DNA of 64,000 nt from assembly GCA_036229005.1 (NCBI GenBank), contig JAZAMN010000008.1:32001-96000 (forward strand), in the 5' to 3' direction. The position numbers and the translations under genes are program-made. The notes under the pieces were generated by a model. That model worked only from the letters and a program-made list of their open reading frames with translations. It was not told the DNA's origin and searched no databases. Of the stretch, positions 1-13,309 are shown piece by piece (position 1 is the stretch's first letter; each line of letters starts with the position of its first letter). Source of the DNA: Myxococcota bacterium. Its GTDB lineage: Bacteria > Myxococcota_A > UBA796 > CAJQPC01.

Positions 1-164
1 ATCGAGAGCCAGCTCCCTTTGAAGGGTCCGTGCACCCCGAGGGCCTCCAGGGCGTAGGCCGAGCAGGTGGGGTGAAAGCGGCAGGTGGGCGGTTTCAGGG
101 GCGAGATCCAGCGACGGTAGAAGCGGATGGGGGCCTGCAGTACGGTGACGAGCACGGAACTCAT
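1..164 (-). CDS. yidD: membrane protein insertion efficiency factor YidD (partial, runs off window start)
   Basis: Manual translation [42 protein letters not shown].. carries the CRFxPTCSxY motif; lies downstream of rnpA with ATGA overlap. Confidence 0.9.
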   Translation of the reverse strand, partial: MSSVLVTVLQAPIRFYRRWISPLKPPTCRFHPTCSAYALEALGVHGPFKGSWLS

Positions 165-562
165 GCACGTCTCCCGGACTTGCGGCCGGATCGCCCCTTA
201 CGGGGGGAGCCTTGGCCCAGACGGCCGAAGGCGTGCTGCAGGTCCTCGCCCAGTGCCTGCAGACCCGCGTCTGCAGCCTTGGGGAAGGCGATCACCGCGA
301 CATCCCAGCGGCCAGAGACCTGGTGCCGGTGATGTCGGATCCCTTCCCGCAGCCAACGCTTGACCCGGTTTCGAGCCACAGCGTTGCCCACTTTCTTGCT
401 GACCACCAAGCCAAAGCGGCTCTCGCGGCTCCGGCTGGGCAGGTAGATCAACAACAAGTGGCGGGTGCGGACCTTGTGTCCGCGCCCCTGGACCCGGCGG
501 AACTCCGCCGAGCGACGCAGGCGCAGATCCTTGGGGAAGCCCAGAGTCGCGGGCTGCCCCAC
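161..562 (-). CDS. rnpA: ribonuclease P protein component
   Basis: [36 protein letters not shown] motif; GTG start just after rpmH. Confidence 0.93.
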   Translation of the reverse strand: MGQPATLGFPKDLRLRRSAEFRRVQGRGHKVRTRHLLLIYLPSRSRESRFGLVVSKKVGNAVARNRVKRWLREGIRHHRHQVSGRWDVAVIAFPKAADAGLQALGEDLQHAFGRLGQGSPRKGRSGRKSGRRA

Positions 563-567
563 GTCGA

Positions 568-723
568 TCAGCGGTGCTTGGCGCCGACGTTGACGGCCAG
601 GCGCTTGCGGCCCTTGGCCCGACGGCGCTTGAGGACCTTGCGACCACCGGCGGTGGCCATACGGGCACGGAAGCCGTGGGAGCGCTTCCGCTTGATGTTG
701 CTGGGCTGGTAGGTGCGCTTCAT
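568..723 (-). CDS. rpmH: 50S ribosomal protein L34
   Basis: [42 protein letters not shown]. Confidence 0.98.
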   Translation of the reverse strand: MKRTYQPSNIKRKRSHGFRARMATAGGRKVLKRRRAKGRKRLAVNVGAKHR

Positions 724-925
724 GTTTCCTGCTCCGGGCCGTGCGGCCATCTGGAGAAAAAGTGGGGTCGACTGCTGCGAACAAGGCGCAGGTCAGCCAG
801 ACAAGCCCGGCCCACTAATCCACCGGGCACCTCCGGGCAAGTCCTGGGGCTCAAGGGATCGCGGATCCCACCTGGGGTCGCAAGTCCACGGAAGATCAGG
901 CCCTTTCATCGGCGCTGCAAGGCGC

Positions 926-934
926 TTGTCCACA
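926..934 (+). promoter_or_regulatory. DnaA box upstream of dnaA
   Basis: TTGTCCACA, one mismatch to TTATCCACA, ~85 bp before dnaA start. Confidence 0.6.
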
Positions 935-1018
935 GGCTGTCCAGCCTGATAGCGTGCCCCTCCGCTGCGGGGACGGCCCCCCGCGACCGCCCCAGCGCCC
1001 CCCGACCACAGGAGACTC

Positions 1019-2392
1019 GTGTCCATCCAGGATCTCTGGCAAGACGTCCAGCCCCAGATCGAACAGCGCATCGGCGCCCAGAACCATGAGATCTGGGTGA
1101 AGCCCATCCGAGTCCTGGGCATGGACGGGGACCTTCTGGAGCTGGAGGTCCCCAACCGCTACTACTCCGACTGGGTCCGGGACAACTACGAGCAGATCTT
1201 CGTCGAGGAGCTCGCCCGCGCCTTCGGCATCCCTCTGCGCCTGCGCTTCACCGTCGAGGCAGACGCCCGCCGAGCCGCCCCCGCCCCCAGCCCGAGCGCA
1301 GCAGGGGAGCCGCCTCCACCGGCCGCCCCCCCTCCGGACAGCCCCCCCATCCGCAACCCGGTGCGCAGCCGGGTCCCCCGGAACAAGACCTTCGACAACT
1401 ACGTGGTGGGCGCCTGCAACAAGTTCGCCCACGCGGCCGCCCTGGCCGTCGCGGACTTCCCCGGCCAGAACTACAACCCCCTGTTCGTGTTCGGCGGCAC
1501 CGGCCTGGGCAAGACCCACCTGGTGCAGGCCATCGGCAACCGGATCCAGGACGCACGCAGCGATGCCGGGGTGATCTACACCACGGCCGAAGACTTCGTG
1601 AACGACATGATCCGCGCCCTGCGCTTCAAGAAGATGGACAGCTTCCGCCAGCGCTACCGCGACTCGGCGGACGTGCTGCTGATCGACGACATCCAGTTCC
1701 TCTCCGGCAAGGTGCGCTCGCAGGAGGAGTTCTTCCACACCTTCGAGGCCCTCAAGCTCTCCGGGAAGCAGGTCGTGCTGACCTCCGATGTCCTCCCCCG
1801 GGAGATCGAGGGCCTGGAGCCCCGACTGCGCACCCGCTTTGAAGGTGGGCTGCTGGCGGACGTACAGGCCCCCGACCTCGAGACCATGGTGGCCATCCTC
1901 CAGGCCAAGGCGGAGACCCTGCGCCTGCCCATCGGCGAGGAGTGCGCGCTCTGGATCGCCTCCCACGTCAACGGCAACATCCGCGAGCTGGAGGGCGCCA
2001 TCAACCGCCTGGCGGCCCTGGGCAGCTTCTACGGGGACGCCATCACCGTGGAGTTCGCCCGCGAGCACCTGGGCAGCATGCTGGTGCGCCAGCAGGAGGC
2101 CATCACGCCCGAGCGGGTGATGCAGGTGGTCGCCCGCTACTTCAACATCCGCGTCGGCGAGCTCAAGGGCCAGCGCAAGCTCAAGGGCATCGTGCTGCCG
2201 CGTCAGATCGCGATGTTCATCGCCCGCGAGCACACCGACCTGTCCTTCCCGGACCTGGGCCGCGCCTTCGGTGGCCGCGACCACAGCACCGTCCAGCACG
2301 CCTGCAAGAAGATCAAGCGGCTGGAGAAGACCGACCCCGACCTCCAATCCCACCTCCGCACCCTCGAGCGGAACCTGGGTGTGAGCCGATGA
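1019..2392 (+). CDS. dnaA: chromosomal replication initiator DnaA
   Basis: YNPLFVFGGTGLGKTHL Walker A, LLIDDIQF Walker B, NIRELEGA, GRDHSTV domain IV. Confidence 0.99.
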   Translation: MSIQDLWQDVQPQIEQRIGAQNHEIWVKPIRVLGMDGDLLELEVPNRYYSDWVRDNYEQIFVEELARAFGIPLRLRFTVEADARRAAPAPSPSAAGEPPPPAAPPPDSPPIRNPVRSRVPRNKTFDNYVVGACNKFAHAAALAVADFPGQNYNPLFVFGGTGLGKTHLVQAIGNRIQDARSDAGVIYTTAEDFVNDMIRALRFKKMDSFRQRYRDSADVLLIDDIQFLSGKVRSQEEFFHTFEALKLSGKQVVLTSDVLPREIEGLEPRLRTRFEGGLLADVQAPDLETMVAILQAKAETLRLPIGEECALWIASHVNGNIRELEGAINRLAALGSFYGDAITVEFAREHLGSMLVRQQEAITPERVMQVVARYFNIRVGELKGQRKLKGIVLPRQIAMFIAREHTDLSFPDLGRAFGGRDHSTVQHACKKIKRLEKTDPDLQSHLRTLERNLGVSR

Positions 2393-2671
2393 GGCCGTTG
2401 GGGACAGCTTGGGGACAGACGGGGGCACAAGGCTGTGGCGTCGGGTATGGAGGAGCTGCGGAGTGCTCGCCCCGAGGGGTGAGGCCCCGGTTGCCCACTG
2501 AGAGTCCACAAGGATCCTCCTCGGATCCCTCCCCAGCTCGCCCCCAGAAAACTTCCTTTGATTTCAAGCGCTTGGGAACATTGTCCCCAGCATCCATACC
2601 CATTGATCGATCTACGACTTGATCGATCCTGATCTGATCATAAAAGCCACATAAGCGGAGCTGCCTGTCCC
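2393..2671. other. probable replication origin (oriC) in dnaA-dnaN intergenic region
   Basis: Repeated DnaA-box-like TGTCCCCA motifs (2398-2407, 2409-2418, 2572-2589) followed by a lower-GC, GATC-rich segment (2601-2655). Confidence 0.65.
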
Positions 2672-3793
2672 ATGGAGCTGTACATCGACCGCGACGCCTT
2701 CTTGGGAGGGCTCTCCCGCGTGCAGGGCATCGTCGAGCGCCGGAACACCCCGAATCCCATCCTCTCGCACGTGCTCTTGCAGGCCTCCGAAGGTCGCCTG
2801 CGGCTCACCGCGACGGACACCGAGATGGCGTTCATCGGAGACTTCCCGGCAAACGTCACCACCCCTGGCGAGATCGCCGTGGACGCCTCCAGCGTCTTCC
2901 AGATCGCCAAGGTCCTGCCCGACGCCACCGCGCACCTGACCCTGGGCAGCCAGAACCGGGTGGAGCTGACCTCCGGCAGCGCCTGGTACAAGGTCAAGGG
3001 CCTCCCCGGTGAGGACTTCCCCCCGCTGCCCGACTTCGACGGCCGCAGCACCCTGCGTCTGCCCGCCGGCAAGCTGCGCTGGCTGATCGACCAGACCGGG
3101 TTCGTCGTCTGTCCGGACGACAACCGCTACGGCATCAACGGCGCCCACCTGGAGGTCGTCGAGGGCCCCGAGGGCACCCCCCTGCTGCGCATGGTCGCCA
3201 CCGATGGCCACCGGCTCTCCTACGCGCAGGTCCCCTTCGAGGGTGAGCTGGGCATGCCCGCCCGCATGCTCATCCCCCGCAAGGCCCTGGGTGAGATGAA
3301 GAAGCTCTGCCGCAGCGACGACCAGGTCCTGGAGCTCTCCTTCGGCGAGTCCAGCGCGCTGATCACCAGCGAGTCCGAGCGCTTCTACTTCCGCCTGATC
3401 GACGGTGAGTTCCCCGACTACCGCCAGGTGGTCCCCAGCGCCTCCCAGCGCCGGGCCGTCGTACAGCGCGAGCTCCTCAACGCCGCCCTCAAGCGCGTGG
3501 CCGTGCTCGCCCAGGACAAGTCCCGCCCGGTGAGCTTCGCCTTCGAGCCCACCGCCGTGACCATCTCCTCGTCCCACGTGGATCTGGGAGATGCGCGCGA
3601 GGTCGTGCCCCTGGAGATGGACGGAGATGCCCTGAACATCGGCTTCAACATCCGCTACTTCCAGGAGGTCATGGGCGCCCTCTCCGGCGAGCGCATCGTC
3701 CTCGAGCTGGGTGACGCCCTGTCCCCCGCGCTGGTCCGTGAGCCCGAGCAGGACGACGCGCTGCTGATCGTCATGCCCATGCGCCTGGACTGA
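2672..3793 (+). CDS. dnaN: DNA polymerase III beta sliding clamp
   Basis: PILSHVLL..LTATDTE, MVATDGHRLS, RLIDGEFPDY, C-terminal IVMPMRL. Confidence 0.98.
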   Translation: MELYIDRDAFLGGLSRVQGIVERRNTPNPILSHVLLQASEGRLRLTATDTEMAFIGDFPANVTTPGEIAVDASSVFQIAKVLPDATAHLTLGSQNRVELTSGSAWYKVKGLPGEDFPPLPDFDGRSTLRLPAGKLRWLIDQTGFVVCPDDNRYGINGAHLEVVEGPEGTPLLRMVATDGHRLSYAQVPFEGELGMPARMLIPRKALGEMKKLCRSDDQVLELSFGESSALITSESERFYFRLIDGEFPDYRQVVPSASQRRAVVQRELLNAALKRVAVLAQDKSRPVSFAFEPTAVTISSSHVDLGDAREVVPLEMDGDALNIGFNIRYFQEVMGALSGERIVLELGDALSPALVREPEQDDALLIVMPMRLD

Positions 3794-3800
3794 CCCCCGG

Positions 3801-7393
<3,593 letters not shown>

Positions 7394-7430
7394 TCCCGCT
7401 CCCAGCCCGCTGGGGCGTTATAGCTGGCCT

Positions 7431-8393
7431 GTGACAACGCCTCCATTCGACATCGCAGACCTCGTCTACGGCGGGGTCGTGCTCGTGACCGGCAAGGGGG
7501 GTGTCGGCAAGACCTCGGTCTCCGCCGCCCTCGGCCGACTGGCTGCTGCCCAGGGCCGCCGGGTGTGCCTCGTCGAGGCCGACAGCCAACAGTCGGTGTT
7601 GGCGGGGATCTTTGGCCGGACGGTGGGCTACGAGCCCAAGCAGGTGGCCGAGAACCTCTACGCCTGCAACGTCACCTGGTACGAGGCGCTGCACGAGTGG
7701 GTCGAGCGCGTCGTGCCCTCCCGGCGCATCGTCGACGCCATCCTGGACAACCGCATGGTCCGCCTCTTCCTGGACGCCGTCCCTGGCAACCGGGAGGTCG
7801 TGACCCTGTCCAAGATCACCTGGCTGTCCGAAGAGTTCGATCTGGTCATCGTGGACCTGCCGGCCTCCGGGCACGCCACCGCGCTCATGCAGTCCCCCAA
7901 GCGCACCATGCGCCTGTTCGACGTGGGCCCGCTGCACCAGCGCTCAATGGAGTCCCAGCGCCTGCTGGAGGACCCCCGCACCCACCTGGTGCTGGTCGCC
8001 CTGCCCGAAGAGATGGTCATCAACGAGACCGTCGAGACCCACGCCATCCTGCGAAAGGACGTGCCCGGGCTGCGCGTGCCCCTGGTCATCCTGAACCGCT
8101 CCAGCTCCCCCAGCCTGGACGAAGGCGAGCGCGAGCTGCTCACCCGCCTCTCAGCGCTGGAGTCTTCCGGTGACGCCGCGGGGGACGCCGCCGAGCTGCT
8201 GCTGGCTGGTCGCTGGGAGATGCGCCTGGAGCAGGCCACCGCCGCCGCCATCGAGCGCATCCACGCCGAGATGGGCACCGCCTTGATCGAGGTCCCGCGG
8301 CTCTCCCAGGAGGAGGGATCCGGGAAGCTCGTGCAGCACCTCTCTGCCGCTCTGGCCCGGAGCTCCACCCGCGGCCTCCGGAGGCGCTCGTGA
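7431..8393 (+). CDS. ArsA/GET3-family ATPase (first of pair)
   Basis: GKGGVGKT deviant P-loop, VDLPASGH, LPEEMVINET. Confidence 0.85.
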   Translation: MTTPPFDIADLVYGGVVLVTGKGGVGKTSVSAALGRLAAAQGRRVCLVEADSQQSVLAGIFGRTVGYEPKQVAENLYACNVTWYEALHEWVERVVPSRRIVDAILDNRMVRLFLDAVPGNREVVTLSKITWLSEEFDLVIVDLPASGHATALMQSPKRTMRLFDVGPLHQRSMESQRLLEDPRTHLVLVALPEEMVINETVETHAILRKDVPGLRVPLVILNRSSSPSLDEGERELLTRLSALESSGDAAGDAAELLLAGRWEMRLEQATAAAIERIHAEMGTALIEVPRLSQEEGSGKLVQHLSAALARSSTRGLRRRS

Positions 8394-9541
8394 CCCCAAG
8401 CGAGGTCATCCTGGGCCGCAAGCTCATCGTCTGCGTGGGCAGCGGGGGCGTGGGCAAGACCACCTCGGCCGCGTCCATCGGTCTGTGGGCTGCGCGGCAG
8501 GGCAAGAAGGTCCTGGTGCTCACCATCGACCCCGCGCGGCGCCTGGCCAACTCCCTGGGCCTGCAGGAGTTCGGCAACGACGAGCGTGAGATCGACCTCT
8601 CGAGCGTGGACGTGGCCCCCGGCGGCAGCCTGTGGGCCATGATGCTGGACACCCAGACCACCTTCAACGAGCTGATCGTCGAGATGTCGCCCAACCAGGA
8701 CACCGCCCAGCGGATCCTGGACAACCCCATCTACCAGACCATGAGCGACACCTTCGCCGGCAGCCAGGAGTACATGGCCGCCGAGAAGCTGCACGACGTG
8801 GTCACCACCGGCCGCTACGACCTGGTCGTGCTCGACACGCCCCCGGTCAAGAACGCCCTGGACTTCTTCGAGGCCCCCGGCCGCCTGTCCCGCTTCATGG
8901 ACCGGCGCGTGATCTCCTGGTTCCTGAACCCCCCCAAGCGCACCGGCCTGCTGGGCAGCCTGCGCTCGGGCACCAGCGCCGTGATCTGGAAGATGCTGGG
9001 CTACGTGTTCGGCCACGAGTTCCTGGACGACCTCTCGGACTTCCTGCTGCTCTTCCAGGACATGTACGAGGGCTTCCGCGAGCGCCACGAGACCGTGCTG
9101 CGCCTGTTCCGCTCGGACGAGTGCCGCTTCGTGACCGTCTGCGCCCCCACCGAGCCCTCGGTCGAGGTCGCCGGCTTCTTCGCCGAGCAGTTGGCCGAGC
9201 GGCGCTACCCCCGCGGCGGCACCCTGATCAACCAGGTGCACCTGTGCAGCGGGCGGAACCTGGATCCCCAGGCCCTGCTCGGCGAGCTGGCCCAGGCCCA
9301 CGACCAGGGGCTGCCCGACTACACCGCCGCCTCGCTGCTGGCCCGCCTGGGGGTTGCCCACAAGCGCCTGCGGCAGCTCGCGGACACCGAGCGTCGCCTG
9401 ATCGACCGGGTGGACGACTTCTCCGTGGGTTTCCTGGTGGAGATCCCCCGCCTGGAGCACGAGGTCCACGACCTGCAAGGCCTGGGTCAGATCGGCGACC
9501 ACATCTTCCACGCGGTCGCCACCCCGCCTCTGGGCGAGTAG
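8390..9541 (+). CDS. ArsA/GET3-family ATPase (second of pair)
   Basis: GSGGVGKTT, TIDPARRLANSLG, YDLVVLDTPP; overlaps previous stop (GTGA). Confidence 0.88.
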   Translation: MTPSEVILGRKLIVCVGSGGVGKTTSAASIGLWAARQGKKVLVLTIDPARRLANSLGLQEFGNDEREIDLSSVDVAPGGSLWAMMLDTQTTFNELIVEMSPNQDTAQRILDNPIYQTMSDTFAGSQEYMAAEKLHDVVTTGRYDLVVLDTPPVKNALDFFEAPGRLSRFMDRRVISWFLNPPKRTGLLGSLRSGTSAVIWKMLGYVFGHEFLDDLSDFLLLFQDMYEGFRERHETVLRLFRSDECRFVTVCAPTEPSVEVAGFFAEQLAERRYPRGGTLINQVHLCSGRNLDPQALLGELAQAHDQGLPDYTAASLLARLGVAHKRLRQLADTERRLIDRVDDFSVGFLVEIPRLEHEVHDLQGLGQIGDHIFHAVATPPLGE

Positions 9542-9566
9542 CTTTTCGTCTCGAAGGAGACCCCCC

Positions 9567-10190
9567 TTGCGCAGCCCCCTGACCGCTCTGTCCGCCGCCG
9601 CCCTCACGGGCACCCTGGCCCTCTCCGCGCTGCTGCCCGGGACCGCCCACGCGGTGCGCCCGGCCATGGACCCCCAGGTCCGCATGCACGCTGGCCTCTC
9701 GGTGGTCGAGAGCCCCGCTCCCCTGGGCGCCGAGGTCGGCTTCGACTCCCGCCTGGGCCGCAACCTGGCCCTGGACGCCGGCGTGTTCTTCTCCCCCGAG
9801 ACCGAGCTGGGCACCACCCCGGACCGGGCCGTGGCCCGCGACCACCTGTCCATGCGCCACGGCCTCTACGCGATGCCCGGTCTGCGCCTGCCCCACTCCC
9901 AGCCCCGCAGCTTCCGCTGGGACCTCTATGGGCGCGCCGGCGGCGGCGTGATCTGGGTCGAGGACCGCTACGAGCGCAACAGCGGCTCCGTCACCGGACA
10001 GATGGACGTGGCCGGCTACGTCGGCGCCGACGCCGTCATCATGAAGGACGCCTGGGGTGTGCGCGCCCACGCCCGCATGGCGCTCACGGGCGTGTACGAC
10101 AACCAGCTCCAGAACGACGTCTTCTACTGGGGCAGCCAGTACGGCGTGGAGCTGGTCTACCAGTTCGGCTACCGCGGCGAGAGCTACTGA
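9567..10190 (+). CDS. secreted, probable outer-membrane beta-barrel protein
   Basis: Signal peptide ending AHA, alternating aromatic/hydrophobic strands, C-terminal VELVYQF; AAGGAG RBS. Confidence 0.6.
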   Translation: MRSPLTALSAAALTGTLALSALLPGTAHAVRPAMDPQVRMHAGLSVVESPAPLGAEVGFDSRLGRNLALDAGVFFSPETELGTTPDRAVARDHLSMRHGLYAMPGLRLPHSQPRSFRWDLYGRAGGGVIWVEDRYERNSGSVTGQMDVAGYVGADAVIMKDAWGVRAHARMALTGVYDNQLQNDVFYWGSQYGVELVYQFGYRGESY

Positions 10191-10771
10191 GCGCCGGGCC
10201 CGGTCTGCCGCGGGAGGCTGCGCGAGAGCAGCAGCATCTCCATCTTGTCCTGACCGGCCGCCGTGATCTGCACCCGCACCGGCGGCCCGGGCTGCTCGGG
10301 CGCGAAGTCATAGACGGCGCGCTCCCCGCTCGGGTCCTGGACGCTGTAGCGCGTGCACACAAAGTCCCCGGCGGGGGTGGTCACGGCAACGTTGTCCTCG
10401 ACGGTGGTCCAGGCTGAGACAAAGGCGCTGTGTTGGGCCAGCTCGTCCCAGCGGTGGACCTTGATCTCCGAGGGCCCCAGCGCCGCTCCTCCCTCCTGAA
10501 CCGGCGTGTAGGCGATCTGCACCTGCGTGTCGTCGGCGGAGCGCACCTCCCACTGGATGGCCGCCGGCTCGGAGCCCGCCACGGTGCTGCGGTAGACCAG
10601 GGTCAACCCCACGGGCATGCCCGCGCGGATCTCCTGGGGGGAGAAGTGCGGATCTCGGCGCTCGGGGGGGCTGGGATCCACCGCCTGGGTTTGGGGGTCT
10701 GGAGGGGACGCAGCAGACACAGCTTCCTCCGGCGAGGACAGGGTGGCGCAGGCCAGCAGGGTGAACAACAT
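10184..10771 (-). CDS. hypothetical lipoprotein
   Basis: MLFTLLAC lipobox-like start; GC3-biased codons. Confidence 0.7.
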   Translation of the reverse strand: MLFTLLACATLSSPEEAVSAASPPDPQTQAVDPSPPERRDPHFSPQEIRAGMPVGLTLVYRSTVAGSEPAAIQWEVRSADDTQVQIAYTPVQEGGAALGPSEIKVHRWDELAQHSAFVSAWTTVEDNVAVTTPAGDFVCTRYSVQDPSGERAVYDFAPEQPGPPVRVQITAAGQDKMEMLLLSRSLPRQTGPGAQ

Positions 10772-10824
10772 GGGGGCAGCGTAGCCCGGATCGAGGGCGC
10801 GCAGGTGCGTGGTAGCGTCGCGCC

Positions 10825-13308
10825 ATGCTCTTGCTCCTGCTCGCCTGCCAGCGGTCGACTCCGGACACCACGGACTCGGCGGATCCGTCCACTGCAGCCT
10901 CGCTGAGCCTGCCCGCCTACCTGCTGATCCCCAGCGGAGGACAGGGGGAGCTGACGGCCACGGCGCTGGACGCGGCCGGGGATCCGGTGGCGGTGGAGGT
11001 CACCTGGCAGGTGGCGGACCCGGAGCTGCTCTCGGTGAGCGATGGCGTGGTGACGCCGAACGCGGAGCTGGGATCGACGGTGGTCACGGCGCAGTCTGGC
11101 GAGCTGGTGTCGAACCCGGTGACGGTCTACATCGCGCAGCCGGCGCCGGATGCGGTGCTGATCCCGGACGCCGCGGTCGGGGAGCTCCAGGTGCTGGAGG
11201 AGGACCCGGAGGACCTGTGGGACCTGCAGTTCTCGGCGGAGCTGGACGCGACGCTGCAGGTGGGGGACCTGGTGATCGGCAGCGGAGAGCGCTTCCCGCC
11301 CGCGCGGGTGGTGGAGGTGGGCACGCCCTACGTGATGTCGCTGGTCGCCGTGGACGAGGCCTTCGAGGCGCTGGAGGTGTCCGGCGAGGTCGCGGACTAC
11401 GTGATGCCCGAGCCCGAGCTGGACGTGGACGCGCCGTTCATCAGCGTGTCGGTGGGCAAGCCCCTGGTGTTCGCGGGGATGGACTGCCGCTTCTCGACCA
11501 CCAGCGACACGGACCTGCTGACCTTCACCAAGACGGACTTCACCCTCAAGCAGGCCCTGCGGCCCAGCTACGACTACCGGGTCAGCGGCTTCTCGCTGGA
11601 GCACGCCGAGGTGCTGGTTCAGGGGGAGCTGGAGGTCAGCGCGGACGTGGAGGCGCAGGTCTCCGACACGGTGCAGGGCAAGGTGAACTGCGGGCCCGAG
11701 AAGCCGATCTACGGGCGCTTTCCGCTGCCGCCCTTTCTGGGAGGACCCTTTGTGCAGGGCTTCGTGCCGATCGGCGCGGGGGTGGAGCTTGACGTGCAGA
11801 CCCAGGACTACGGGCCGGTGGTGGGCTTTGCGTTCTCGGGGGACGTGTCGGTGTCCGCTGGGGCGGTCTACGACGGCGAGGGGATCGAGGGCGTCGGGGA
11901 GTTCGAGCAGGACTTCAGCTTCACGCCGACGGTGGACATCCCCGTGGACGACGACCGGCTGCAGGTGACCGCGTGGCCCTATGTGAGCGTGGGCGTCGGT
12001 CCGGGCATCCCGACGGTGCCCCCCAAGTACTTCCCCTGGTACGAGGCGGTGGTCGGGCCGAAGCTCAAGGCGGATCTGGCCGCGCCGGAGAAGCAGGTGC
12101 AGGACAGCGAGGTCGTCTCGTCGCTGGCCCTCGACCTGGGCTGGCAGGTGGGGCCGCCCCAGAACGTGACGGACTGGGTCAACAAGCGCGCCGGGCACTG
12201 GCTGCTGGGCAAGCTGGGGGGCAACATCACGCAGATGGTGACCTTTGGGGAGGACATCCCCATCTGGAGCTCACCGCAGGGCGCGCTGACGGTCGACACC
12301 CTGGGCAGCGACGCGACCGGGGGCACCCTGACCCTGGACGGGCCGGCGGGCTGGGCGGCGGACGCGGTCACCATCCGCGCCTGGGATGGGAGCGCCCTGA
12401 CGGAGCTGGATGAGCAGCCGCTGGGGGAGAGCGACACCGAGCTGAGCTGGGCGGGGGCGGGCAGCGACGCGGAGGTGTACGCCGCCTTCCTGCAGACCAG
12501 CCTGCTGGACCTGCCGCTGCAGGTGGACGTGGTCAACCTGGGCTGTCAGCAGGTGAACATGGTGGTGGACCAGGCGACCTTCGCCGCGGACGTCGCGGGG
12601 GACGGCGTCGACGCGGACGAGTCGCTGGAGGCGCAGGCCGAGCTCACCGAGCTGCTGATGCAGTACCACTACTCCCAGTCGACCTATTGGTATGGCCAGG
12701 GCCAGTACTCCCTGGGCGACTACCACCTGAGCGTGGCCAACAACCTGGCGAACGAGGCCGTCGGGGACATCGGGACCTGGGGCGCGGTGAAGAACCTGGA
12801 CCAGGGCCTGCTGGATGCCAAGGGGGGCGCGGAGTCCGATGACTTCCGGGACGTGCCCTCTGCGCTCACCCAGGTGGTGCTGGAGGCCGGCTCCGCCAGC
12901 AGCGCCGAGGTCCCCGCCTGGGAGGACTTCAGCGAGCACTCCGCCACCCACCGCTTCCTGGTCGCGGGGGAGTTCGACGGCGACTACCCGCTGCTGTGGC
13001 TGTGGAACTGGAAGGCCGCCACCACCCTGGACGGCAAGGTGCTGCTGCGCTTCCAGGACTTCACCGGGGTCATGGCCTACGGCTCCACCACCACCTGGTC
13101 GCTGACCCTGGACGGGCAGGAGCTGTGGGGCGGTGGGGCTGTGGTCGTCGAGCAGGGCCAGAGCGTGCCCCTGACCCTGGGCGTGACCAGCACCGGCTAC
13201 TCCGCCGCGGACTACCCCAGCGCCACCGAGAGCGGCTCCTACGGCGGAGACGTGCTCCGCCTGGATGTGCACTTTGAGGTGACTGGGGAGGGCTGCGCTA
13301 CGGAGTGA
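10825..13308 (+). CDS. large acidic lipoprotein with N-terminal Ig-like domain
   Basis: MLLLLLAC start; LTATALDAAG..VTWQVADPELLSVSDGVVT resembles a bacterial Ig-like (Big_2-type) repeat. Confidence 0.7.
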   Translation: MLLLLLACQRSTPDTTDSADPSTAASLSLPAYLLIPSGGQGELTATALDAAGDPVAVEVTWQVADPELLSVSDGVVTPNAELGSTVVTAQSGELVSNPVTVYIAQPAPDAVLIPDAAVGELQVLEEDPEDLWDLQFSAELDATLQVGDLVIGSGERFPPARVVEVGTPYVMSLVAVDEAFEALEVSGEVADYVMPEPELDVDAPFISVSVGKPLVFAGMDCRFSTTSDTDLLTFTKTDFTLKQALRPSYDYRVSGFSLEHAEVLVQGELEVSADVEAQVSDTVQGKVNCGPEKPIYGRFPLPPFLGGPFVQGFVPIGAGVELDVQTQDYGPVVGFAFSGDVSVSAGAVYDGEGIEGVGEFEQDFSFTPTVDIPVDDDRLQVTAWPYVSVGVGPGIPTVPPKYFPWYEAVVGPKLKADLAAPEKQVQDSEVVSSLALDLGWQVGPPQNVTDWVNKRAGHWLLGKLGGNITQMVTFGEDIPIWSSPQGALTVDTLGSDATGGTLTLDGPAGWAADAVTIRAWDGSALTELDEQPLGESDTELSWAGAGSDAEVYAAFLQTSLLDLPLQVDVVNLGCQQVNMVVDQATFAADVAGDGVDADESLEAQAELTELLMQYHYSQSTYWYGQGQYSLGDYHLSVANNLANEAVGDIGTWGAVKNLDQGLLDAKGGAESDDFRDVPSALTQVVLEAGSASSAEVPAWEDFSEHSATHRFLVAGEFDGDYPLLWLWNWKAATTLDGKVLLRFQDFTGVMAYGSTTTWSLTLDGQELWGGGAVVVEQGQSVPLTLGVTSTGYSAADYPSATESGSYGGDVLRLDVHFEVTGEGCATE

Positions 13309-13309
13309 C

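Noticed and set aside
7431..9541. Arsenic resistance operon
   Set aside because: No arsB/acr3, arsC, arsR or arsD nearby.
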